Part shown: one piece after another, positions 9,115 through 16,971 of the stretch
How the letters are laid out: each line of letters opens with the position of its first letter
Position numbering within the stretch: position 1 is the first letter of the stretch
Origin: Candidatus Binatia bacterium
GTDB lineage: Bacteria; Desulfobacterota; Binatia; UBA9968
Length of the DNA stretch: 36,220 bases
Direction of reading: 5' to 3'
Assembly (NCBI GenBank): GCA_044869705.1
Contig: JBIOXP010000377.1
Location: 1-36,220, forward strand
The notes under the pieces: generated by a model
Told to the model about the DNA's origin: nothing
Seen by the model: only the letters and a program-made list of their open reading frames with translations
Database searches by the model: none
Translations under genes and position numbers: made by a program

Positions 9115-9183
9115 CCGCTGCGCTCAGTTCAAATCATCGGGAACGACTTGAACGGTTTGAACTGGTTGAACGATTGGAACTTG
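9082..9183. repeat. inverted pair of 9-bp-periodic GTTCAA arrays in a divergent intergenic region
   Basis: Left arm units, in register: 9082 GTTCAAgct, 9091 GTTCAAtcg, 9100 CTTTGCtcg, 9109 CTTCAAccg, 9118 CTGCGCtca, 9127 GTTCAAatc. Right arm units, in opposite orientation: 9148 TTGAACggt, 9157 TTGAACtgg, 9166 TTGAACgat, 9175 TGGAACttg. Confidence 0.85.
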
Positions 9184-9226
9184 TCCCAGCAGCCTAGTAC
9201 AGAATTAGAAGAAGGAGAATGTTGTA

Positions 9227-11491
9227 ATGGCCAAACCCCTTTCGATTATTGGCGCTCCGGTCGGACGCGTCGAGGGCGCCGAGAAAGTGAGCGGTCAAGC
9301 GATCTACGGCGCCGACGTTCACTTCCCGAATACTTTGTGGGGCAAGATTCTGCGAAGCCCCTACCCCCATGCGCGTATCGAAAATATCGATACCTCGAGA
9401 GCGTGGAAGGTCGAAGGAGTCAAAGCGATCGTTACCGGGAAAGACGAGCCGAATCATCATCAGGGCAAAAGCATCCGCGACATTCCCGTCTTGTGCTGGG
9501 ACAAGGTGCGCTATGTCGGGGATAAAGTGGCGGCGGTCGCGGCTGAAAGTCGTGAGGCTGCGGAGGAAGCGCTGCACTTGATCGAAGTCGAATATGAGGA
9601 GTTGCCGGCCGTTTTCGACGTGCTCGAGGCGATGAAACCGGGCGCGCCCATCTTGCATGACGATCCGTCGCTCTACGATGGCGCGCCACAGGATATTCTC
9701 GTCAAAGACATTCCTAACGTGCTCAATAAACTAAGCTGGGGGAAAGGCGATATCGAAGAAGGTTTTCGCGAAGCGGATCTGGTCCTGGAGCACACGTTTC
9801 GAATTCCCATACATCATCAAGGTTATCTGGAACCGCAGTCGTTTCTGGTCAATATCGCCGCCGATGGCCAGGTCAACGCCTGGGCATCGACGAAAAGTCC
9901 ATTCGGAACGCGCGCGCAATTTGCGAAAGCGGCGGGCCTTTCGGCGAGTCAAATTCGTGTTCACGCCGTTCATGTGGGCGCCGACTTCGGCGGCAAGAGC
10001 GGCGCCGGTGAATTGCCGATCTGTTATTTCCTTGCCAAGCAAGCCGGACGGCCGGTGAAAATTCTTTTGACCCACAGCGAAGAGCTGACGGCGATGAACC
10101 CGGATCACGACACGGTGGTGAGAATAAAAACCGGCGTCAAGCGTGACGGGCGGATGACCGCCCGCTATCTGCAAGCGATTCACGGCACCGGCGCGTATGC
10201 GGGTATGAAGCCGGGGCGCGCGAGCATCGGCGGTGCCGGCACTGCCGGGCCGTATAAGATCGACAGCACCTATATGGAAGCCTTGCAAGTCTACACTAAT
10301 ACCGTGCCCTGTGGCTTCTGGCGCGCGCCGGGAGCGATTCAAGCCGTGTTCGCGTCGGAATCGCACATGGATCTGATCGCACGCGCTCTCAAGATGGATC
10401 CGGCGAAATTTCGCCTGATAAATCTGGTCGGCGAAGGCGAAGAAAATGCGTTGGGCAAATCGTGGAAAGGAGTTAAAGCGAAGGAGACCCTCGAGGCGGC
10501 ACTGCGCGCCGCCGGTTGGAACAATCCGAAACGCGCCAACATTGGCCGCGGACTGGCGATGTACGAGCGCGGCACGGGAGCGGGAAAAGTTTGGGTGAAT
10601 CTCACGGCCGAGCTCGATGGAAGCTTGACCGTGTTCACCGTCGCAGGTGATCAGGGAACGGGATTACAGACCGTGTTGTGCCAAACCGTCGCCGCGGAAA
10701 TGGGCGTGCCGTACGAGCAGGTGCGTTGTAAAATCGGTAACACTTCGGACGTCTCCTACAGCGTCGACGTCGGTTTCGGCGGTAGTCGCTCGACCAACAT
10801 CAATAGCGCCGCGGCGCATCAAGCGAGCGGTGAGCTCCGCAGCAAACTCACGCAGCAAGCGGCGCAGATCCTCGGCTGCGCGGCGGATCAGATCAGTTAC
10901 AAAAACGGCAAATTTTCGAGCGCCAACGCAAAAGCCAAACCTTTGAGCTTGAGCGATGTCGTCAAAGCTCACGGCGCACCGGTGACCGTGAGCGTCGAGA
11001 CCGAAGTCCCGCGCAAAGGATCGTCGACTTCTTTCGTCGCACAGGTCGCCGAGGTGGAAGTCGATCCGCAGACCGGCAGAGTCCAATTGAACAAATTCAT
11101 TACCGCGCACGATGTCGGCACGATCATCAATCCGCTCGGACATCAGGGGCAGATCGACGGCGAGGCGGTGATGGCGATCGGCTCGAGCTTGATGGAAGAG
11201 TTGATCCATGATCAGGGGAAAGTCACGACGACCAATTTAGGCGAGTACAAAATCCCGAATATTGCGGATGTTCCGCAATTCAAGACTGTATTGGTGAAAG
11301 GGAACAATGGCCCGGGACCGTATGAAGCGAAAGGCATCGGCGAGCACGCCAATGTGGCGCCGCCGGCAGCGATTGCCAATGCCGTCCAGGACGCTTGCGG
11401 CGTGCGCTTGTTCGAAATTCCAGTCACTGCGGAGCGGCTGTACCAGGCAATCAAAGGCAGGCAACCGGCACCAGCCAGCAGCCAAGAGTAG
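9227..11491 (+). CDS. xanthine dehydrogenase/aldehyde oxidase family molybdopterin-binding subunit (copy 1)
   Basis: 754 aa. N-terminal a/b-hammerhead segment (VGRVEGAEKVSGQAIYGADV...ILRSPYPHARI), then long MoCo-binding domains. The C-terminal YEAKGIGEHANVAPPAAIANAV carries the conserved catalytic Glu context. AAGGAG lies 9 nt upstream of the ATG. Confidence 0.9.
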   Translation: MAKPLSIIGAPVGRVEGAEKVSGQAIYGADVHFPNTLWGKILRSPYPHARIENIDTSRAWKVEGVKAIVTGKDEPNHHQGKSIRDIPVLCWDKVRYVGDKVAAVAAESREAAEEALHLIEVEYEELPAVFDVLEAMKPGAPILHDDPSLYDGAPQDILVKDIPNVLNKLSWGKGDIEEGFREADLVLEHTFRIPIHHQGYLEPQSFLVNIAADGQVNAWASTKSPFGTRAQFAKAAGLSASQIRVHAVHVGADFGGKSGAGELPICYFLAKQAGRPVKILLTHSEELTAMNPDHDTVVRIKTGVKRDGRMTARYLQAIHGTGAYAGMKPGRASIGGAGTAGPYKIDSTYMEALQVYTNTVPCGFWRAPGAIQAVFASESHMDLIARALKMDPAKFRLINLVGEGEENALGKSWKGVKAKETLEAALRAAGWNNPKRANIGRGLAMYERGTGAGKVWVNLTAELDGSLTVFTVAGDQGTGLQTVLCQTVAAEMGVPYEQVRCKIGNTSDVSYSVDVGFGGSRSTNINSAAAHQASGELRSKLTQQAAQILGCAADQISYKNGKFSSANAKAKPLSLSDVVKAHGAPVTVSVETEVPRKGSSTSFVAQVAEVEVDPQTGRVQLNKFITAHDVGTIINPLGHQGQIDGEAVMAIGSSLMEELIHDQGKVTTTNLGEYKIPNIADVPQFKTVLVKGNNGPGPYEAKGIGEHANVAPPAAIANAVQDACGVRLFEIPVTAERLYQAIKGRQPAPASSQE

Positions 11492-11499
11492 GATTGTAG

Positions 11500-11519
11500 G
11501 GGCGCAGCATGCTGCGCCC
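11500..11519. repeat. perfect 20-bp GC-rich palindrome (REP-like), copy 1
   Basis: GGGCGCAGCA|TGCTGCGCCC with 10-bp arms, 9 nt after the stop of the Mo-enzyme gene. A near-identical copy lies at 32394-32413. Confidence 0.8.
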
Positions 11520-11548
11520 GCAACTGATTAGGACGTCTTGGAGGGGTT

Positions 11549-12538
11549 ATGAGAATGCTGATCACGATCGTCGGTTTTTTTCTGGCGGCGTTTCCGCTGA
11601 GCGCCCACGCGCAGGACAAGATCAAAGTGGCGTACAGTTCCACGGACACACTGAACCAGATTTGGACGATCGCGCAGGATGCCGGTTTTTACAGGAAGAA
11701 CGGCTTGGATGCCGACTTGGTTTACATCGGCAGCACGACGGTCGGCATTGCCGCGATTGTCTCGCAGGATGTTCAGGTCGGCAACGCTGCCGGCAGTGGC
11801 GTCGCCAACGCCGCAGTGCGCGGAGCGGATGCGGTCTCCGTCGCCTGTACCATCAACGTGCTCGCCTACGAGCTTGTGGTGCTCGACAGTATCAAGTCGG
11901 CCGAAGATCTCAAAGGGAAGGCAATCGGCATCAGCAGGTTCGGCAGTGTGTCGGATGTTGCTGCGCGCGAACTGCTCAAAGGATTAGGATTACGGCCGAT
12001 GGAAGACGTTAAAATTCTTCAAGTCGGTGGTGCTGCGGAGCGCGCCGCTGGGTTCAGCCGCGGCGTGATCGCCGGATTTCCCTCGCCGCCGGGAAACGTC
12101 AATCTGATTCCGGGCGGACTGCCACACCGCATCCTCGCCGATATGGGAGATCTAAAAAAACCCTATCCGCTGCCGTTCATCTGCGCCGTGACCACCAAGA
12201 GTTATCTAGCCAAGAATCGTTCGATCGTAAAACGAGTGGTTATGTCGTTGATTGAAGCGTCGCACTATTTCAAAACCAACAAAGAAGGAAGTCAGAAGAT
12301 CATCGCGAAGTACTTGCGGAGCGCAAATAAGGCTTATCTGGACAGTTCGTACGATTCGACAGTGAAAATTCTCGAGCGGCTTCCTTATACCAGCCGCGAA
12401 GGGATGAAAATTCAACTCGACGACGCCCTGAAGCAAGCGCCCAACAGCAAAGTCACCGTAGACAGCCTCATCGATGATAGCGTCGTTCGCGAACTGGAGA
12501 AGGAGGGCTTTATCGATACGGTCTATGGCAAGCAATAG
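11549..12538 (+). CDS. ABC transporter substrate-binding protein, NMT1/THI5-like (NitT/TauT family)
   Basis: 329 aa with a signal peptide MRMLITIVGFFLAAFPLSAHA. The KIKVAYSS...GFYRKNGLDADLVYIG... pattern is typical of NMT1-like periplasmic binding proteins. It is a paralogue of 18200..19183. Confidence 0.8.
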   Translation: MRMLITIVGFFLAAFPLSAHAQDKIKVAYSSTDTLNQIWTIAQDAGFYRKNGLDADLVYIGSTTVGIAAIVSQDVQVGNAAGSGVANAAVRGADAVSVACTINVLAYELVVLDSIKSAEDLKGKAIGISRFGSVSDVAARELLKGLGLRPMEDVKILQVGGAAERAAGFSRGVIAGFPSPPGNVNLIPGGLPHRILADMGDLKKPYPLPFICAVTTKSYLAKNRSIVKRVVMSLIEASHYFKTNKEGSQKIIAKYLRSANKAYLDSSYDSTVKILERLPYTSREGMKIQLDDALKQAPNSKVTVDSLIDDSVVRELEKEGFIDTVYGKQ

Positions 12539-12712
12539 GCAGTTCTCAGTGGCAGAGAGAACACTGCCAAAGACCAACCATAAAGCATAGATCTTCGAAT
12601 GTTACCGTCTTCCGCCGCTCCGAACAGTGTGGGCCGTTTGAGGACTGCGTAAGCAGTACGCGCAGCGATTGTTGAAGCCGGCTCGCGGAGGTGTTAAGAA
12701 AGATTTCCTCGT

Positions 12713-12789
12713 GGTCGCATAGCTCAGATGGTTAGAGCGCGCGCCTCACATGCGCGAGGTCGTAGGTTCGATTCCTACTGCGACCACCA
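12713..12789 (+). tRNA. tRNA-Val (anticodon CAC), CCA encoded
   Basis: Hand-folded cloverleaf. Acceptor GGTCGCA/TGCGACC, D-arm GCTC-AGATGGTTA-GAGC, anticodon arm CGCGC-CTCACAT-GCGCG (U33, CAC, A37). Variable loop AGGTC, T-arm GTAGG-TTCGATT-CCTAC, discriminator A plus CCA. 77 nt. Confidence 0.9.
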
Positions 12790-12947
12790 TGTTTTGACAT
12801 CGTGACCCGCGGTTTTTGTAGCGCTTCTCTTTTCCCGCCAATCTCGTCACGGCTTTGAATTTCTCAGCTAAGGCAGTTTTGGGCCGAGCTGCCGGCAAGC
12901 TATGTAGAGTGCGGGCGGAACGATCCCTGCGCCTCCCAAGCGCTTTC

Positions 12948-13907
12948 TCACAGATGTCCTTTCTTCTTGAAATAAAAAAACAAGCCCAAAGAAATCACGG
13001 TCATTAATCCGATGACCACGAAATATCCATAGCGCCAATCCAGCTCAGGCATAAACTTGAAATTCATTCCGTAAATTCCAGCGATGGCTGTAATGACGAT
13101 GAATATGGTGCCCCATGCCGTGAAGCGTTTCATTGTTGCGTTCAGCTGATTGGAAGTAGAAGCCAAATAAATCTCGAGCACGCCAGAAAGAGTCTCCCTC
13201 AATGTATCGAGCTCTTCGACGATACGAATCAAGTGATCGTAAACATCGCGAAAGTAAACGAGATGCTGCGGCCGGATGAATGCGAAATCGTGGCGGGTGA
13301 GCTGATTGAAGATCTCCCGTTGCGGCAGAATGGCACGCCTGATACGAACCAGGTTTCGTTTCAGGACCAAAACCCGTTTAACATCTATTGCGCTGCCTCT
13401 TACAAGAAGCCGGTCTTCGAGCGTGTCGATTTCCTCTTCAATGTCGTCCAATAACGGGAAATAAGAATCGATGATCAAATCCAGCATTATGTACAACATA
13501 AAGTCCGGTCCGCGCCCAAGAGCCAGAACAATTCGCTCCTGCAAGTGGGAATCCTCGATCAGCCCGGGCAACGGCCCGTAATGGACAGAGACGATCCAGT
13601 TTCGTCCCAAAAGCAAATCTAGTTCAGACCGATCGATCTGACTGTTTTTCTTTCGTTGGAGCGGATGGATCGCGAGATAAACGTAGTCGTCAAACGAGTC
13701 CAGTTTTGGGCGCTGATTTTGATGAACAACATCTTCCATCGTGAGGTCGTGGATTTTGAAATGCTTTTGCAAAAACTGAAGTTCGTCTTGGTTGGGGGCA
13801 TCGAAGTGGAACCATAAATTGGAATCACTTCGCCGTAGCAGATCAACTGCCAGTTCTCTATCGATTTCCTCAAGGTCGTCTGCTTTGGCATGGCGGATTG
13901 TTAACAT
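12948..13907 (-). CDS. corA: CorA magnesium/cobalt transporter
   Basis: The track ORF extends to GTG 13919; ATG 13907 (MLTIRHAK...) is more likely. It has a soluble N-terminal domain, then YGMNF (the GMN signature) between two C-terminal TM helices. Confidence 0.9.
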   Translation of the reverse strand: MLTIRHAKADDLEEIDRELAVDLLRRSDSNLWFHFDAPNQDELQFLQKHFKIHDLTMEDVVHQNQRPKLDSFDDYVYLAIHPLQRKKNSQIDRSELDLLLGRNWIVSVHYGPLPGLIEDSHLQERIVLALGRGPDFMLYIMLDLIIDSYFPLLDDIEEEIDTLEDRLLVRGSAIDVKRVLVLKRNLVRIRRAILPQREIFNQLTRHDFAFIRPQHLVYFRDVYDHLIRIVEELDTLRETLSGVLEIYLASTSNQLNATMKRFTAWGTIFIVITAIAGIYGMNFKFMPELDWRYGYFVVIGLMTVISLGLFFYFKKKGHL

Positions 13908-14400
13908 TTTGTGCCCCACAGTTTAATGACAGTCTGCGCGCCTCGAGATCTTTTTAAAAAACGATACAAAGGATGGCAAGAGAAACGATAGGTTACGCTA
14001 GGACGGTTCCATCGATTGAAGGTGCGAGCTTGTTTAATGAAGATCCGACGTCAATTCTTCGCGCTACTGCTTTGGCCAATGCGCCGTTTGGCTTCCCGTA
14101 AGCTCGGTTCCGGAATGCACGTCCTGTTGCAAGATGTCCCATTTGCTCCCGAAGATGCGGAAGTTCGCAGATCTGCTGCTGGCGTTTCCCAATTTCACGT
14201 TCCTTTGTTGGAACCCACTATGTAAGAGAGGACCACACTGCTGAAGTGAAGTCGGTCCCTCATGGGTCAAGGTTGATGACAAACCTGGCAATACTCGTCG
14301 CGCGCGCAAGCGATAGGCTGTCAGCGTTACCTGTCATATTCAACACTTCTGCGACGGCACCGCGCTTGCGCGGTCCTTGCCTGTTCGCAGGAGGTCGCCC

Positions 14401-14568
14401 ATGATAGACGAAGATGTCGAACAGTACGTGAGAGAGCATGAAGAACGAGTGCGAAAACTGGACGAGCTTTACGAGAAGATTACATCTCCCGAGTACAACG
14501 AGGAAGAGAAAAACAACTTTAGGTACCAATCAATGAAACTCTGCCTAGAAGGGTTGGCGACCGTATAG
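14401..14568 (+). CDS. small acidic hypothetical protein
   Basis: The ATG at 14401 is preceded by AGGAGG (7-nt spacer); the track ORF starts upstream at 14377. It reads MIDEDVEQYVREHEERVRKLDELYEKITSPEYNEEEKNNF..., a charged helical composition. No family recognised. Confidence 0.4.
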   Translation: MIDEDVEQYVREHEERVRKLDELYEKITSPEYNEEEKNNFRYQSMKLCLEGLATV

Positions 14569-14579
14569 GACGGTTTTCC

Positions 14580-14741
14580 ATGCCGTATGGAATCAAGTTC
14601 GCCCTCTACGTGATCGTTGCTTTTGTAATCACCTTCGCAATTGCTTGGTCGCTAGCCCCACTTGGCCGAGTGGTCAATGTAATCTTCTCTTTCGCGGCAG
14701 CTTGTGTGGCAGTCTTGGTAGCCCGGCGAATCCTTGCCTGA
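14580..14741 (+). CDS. small hydrophobic (two-TM) hypothetical protein
   Basis: Not in the track (53 aa). ATG at 14580, 12 nt after the preceding stop. It reads MPYGIKFALYVIVAFVITFAIAWSLAPLGRVVNVIFSFAAACVAVLVARRILA*. The call is based on hydrophobic periodicity and tight spacing only. Confidence 0.3.
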   Translation: MPYGIKFALYVIVAFVITFAIAWSLAPLGRVVNVIFSFAAACVAVLVARRILA

Positions 14742-14793
14742 GCGTACTGCGAAACTAGTTGATCTAAATGGACATGTTTTATAGGCTACAGGC

Positions 14794-15225
14794 ATGCTCT
14801 CCTTTGGCCTTGGGCATGATGACGAGTGTTTCAGGGTCGGCAAGATCCTGGTCGTTGATGACGATGCTAACGCTCGAAAACTGCTGGTGCTCCGCCTGCA
14901 ACAGTCCGGATACGATACTGTTGAAGCCGCGACAAACCAAGAAGCTATAAAGCAAGCACGTGCAACTCGCCCCAATCTCATACTGATGGAGCTTGCGATC
15001 GTTGACGGTAGTGAAGGCGAAGCAATAGCATTGCTCAGGGCAGACCCCTTGACGCGAGACATGCCGTTCATCGTAATCGCAGCTTCTCTCCATGGAGTGC
15101 TCATCGATCGGGCTATCGCTGCCGGGGCCGCCGAAATACTTCATAAACCGCTAAATTGGAACTGGCTCGATCTCGTGCTGCAACGACATTTATCGTACCA
15201 GGTCCAAGTCATTCCAAAAATCTAG
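14794..15225 (+). CDS. stand-alone response-regulator receiver domain protein, atypical (Asp to Glu at the phospho-acceptor position)
   Basis: 143 aa. It has the acidic pocket ILVVDDD and the conserved Lys-Pro (ILHKP). The beta-3 motif reads PNLILMELAI instead of xDLILxD (E66, codon 14989-14991). The usual Thr/Ser position reads IVIAAS. Confidence 0.75.
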   Translation: MLSFGLGHDDECFRVGKILVVDDDANARKLLVLRLQQSGYDTVEAATNQEAIKQARATRPNLILMELAIVDGSEGEAIALLRADPLTRDMPFIVIAASLHGVLIDRAIAAGAAEILHKPLNWNWLDLVLQRHLSYQVQVIPKI

Positions 15226-15718
15226 CTGGCCCGCACGGAAAGCCCTCGAAGTTTAAATCGCGAATTCGTCATTCGATTCCGAGAACGCCGAGATAGTAAT
15301 CACAACACCGACCACTCCTAAAACGCGGCGAACCATGGGATAGCCAATCGATGGCAGTCGTTTTGGAGCACCGACTTACACTTACCGGCCGATTTCCCAC
15401 CTGATCCAACTGAATTCTTTGCTAACAACGGGCTCCGCCAATCGTCAAACGGTCTGTGGGGCCGGCAGGTCTGTCATACGTCGCTAGAAATGACCGTGCG
15501 CCATGCCGCTCTGGCTCACAAAAACTACAAGAACTTCTCGAAAACTTCCGCGATGCCAAGGCACGGTGTCTGCTGTGGGTCTTATCCAGCCTGTTTCAGT
15601 AGACCATTGTGCCGACATGTGCATTTGCTCGGCAGGTATATTTTTAGAACAACTCACGGGGAGGCCTCCATTGCGATCATCAGTTCACGCTAGTGCCGCA
15701 GGCAAAATTGAGAAAAGA

Positions 15719-15970
15719 ATGGCAAAAATTCGCCACAAAATTATTCAAAGGGATAAGCGGCAGCGTCAACTTCTACAGTGCATCGAGTTGGCGATCGAAC
15801 GAATCACGACTGGAGCAAGCATTGCGGAACTCGCCAAGCGACACAATCTAAGCGAATCAAAAGTGCGCCGGCACATTGAGAACGCCATTTTTTTGGCGCG
15901 CAGTCGCATGTATGAAAAGAACCCCTCCAGGCCGCCATCGCCGCAGCGATTGCGACAGGATCGAGCGTGA
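15719..15970 (+). CDS. small putative HTH protein (sigma-70 region-4 / LuxR-like helix-turn-helix)
   Basis: Only the C-terminal 83 aa of track ORF 15503..15970 look protein-like, starting at ATG 15719 after GAGAAAAG. ASIAELAKRHNLSESKVRRHIENAI has HTH character. Weak. Confidence 0.35.
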   Translation: MAKIRHKIIQRDKRQRQLLQCIELAIERITTGASIAELAKRHNLSESKVRRHIENAIFLARSRMYEKNPSRPPSPQRLRQDRA

Positions 15971-16971
15971 ATGACCTGGGCGACGAGAACAATCTCGCCT
16001 AATGAAAAATCCGCTGCGACAAATCCAATCAGAAATTTACGCCCGCACAGGTCGCGAAAACGGGTCGTGATGCATGCTCCGATCCAGATACATGGATATT
16101 GCCCTTTTCTAACAATACTCGCCGGCTGATCGCCCCTTTAGCTATCGTGCGGCTCGCTAAGTAGGATCGTCTGCTGGGCCATTTGCATTGATTGCTGCGA
16201 AAGCTTCACCTGGCAATCGTAATATCGACGCCGAGCGGCAGGCCGTCCCAGTACACGCCTTCAGCTCAAGCACCGATCGGCAAGCCAGAGACTGTTCTCT
16301 TGTCGCTTATAGATTACAAGCACCGGAAAATCGAACTACGTCTTTCGAGTCCGAGCTGTTTCAGAGTTCTTCAGTTGTGCCTCAGAGTCGCAGAGTCTTG
16401 AAGACAAAACTCGTGGCCAAGAGAGATTGTTCCGACATAAAGCGACTGGGAGAGCAGCACTGAAGAGTTTTTTGGGATCGGGATGAAAATATTCGAAGCT
16501 TCCGGCGAGCATTGATTCGCGGGAGAACGTAGGGTCCTTGCCCTTGCTGTCCAACCCTTGTGAAACGTTCAGTGAAGTATCTTCTCAGGAGTGCTCAGTC
16601 AGGAGCTCGCAAACGCGTCGCTAAGAGCGCTTAGAGCGGTTACTTTCGCTCGCCAGCCCACCACGGATCAGGACGAAATTTCGATCAAACTTTACCCGTG
16701 AGTTTTGCCAGGATTGGCGATATTTGTCCGCAAGTGGTTCCGCAATGAGCCGTTCACCACAGTTGCGAACCGCCGTAAGTGCCTGTTCACACAACTCTAA
16801 TATTTCGATTAGCGCTTCAACGCTTGAGCTCGCTTGCCGCATGAGGGCATCTATAGGCAAAAAGCGTGCAAAACGGCTCCCTTATGGAGTAACGTGCCGG
16901 TTTCGTTTAAGGTTGTCTTTGGTTTCTCGGATCAAACCGCGAGGCGGTAAATACGCTACAAAATAGTCGAA

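Noticed and set aside
9082-9183. The periodic repeats as a CRISPR array.
   Set aside because: The units are 9 bp and contiguous, with no unique spacers, and there are no cas genes. The structure is incompatible with CRISPR.
9227-11491. Whether the XDH-family subunits are carbon-monoxide dehydrogenase (CoxL).
   Set aside because: Neither copy contains the AYRCSFR (form I) or AYRGAGR (form II) active-site loop. They read WRAPGAIQ and MRAPGDPQ at the corresponding region. I therefore call them only generic Mo-hydroxylase subunits.
9731-11649. Several minus-strand ORFs of 145-211 aa (9731-10366, 10664-11209, 11212-11649), and plus-strand alternative-frame ORFs.
   Set aside because: All overlap the 754-aa Mo-enzyme gene or the palindrome and leader of the binding-protein gene. 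The GAQHAAP-type peptide in them is just the translated palindrome.
15272-15280. A possible att-like duplicate of the tRNA-Val 3' end (TTCGATTCC), which would delimit an island from 12789.
   Set aside because: Only 9 nt match and there is no integrase. corA between the two sites is a core gene. The match is too short to distinguish from chance.
15971-16129. A 52-codon ORF starting at the ATG that immediately follows the stop of the small HTH gene.
   Set aside because: It has no RBS, and its composition and sequence (MTWATRTISPNEKSAATNPIRNL...) show no protein-like features. I cannot distinguish it from a chance ORF.
16621-16860. 79-aa minus-strand ORF divergent from Rieske paralogue 1.
   Set aside because: It has a TTG start without an RBS and no recognisable motif. 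I kept it only as part of the gene-poor-region finding and not as a feature.
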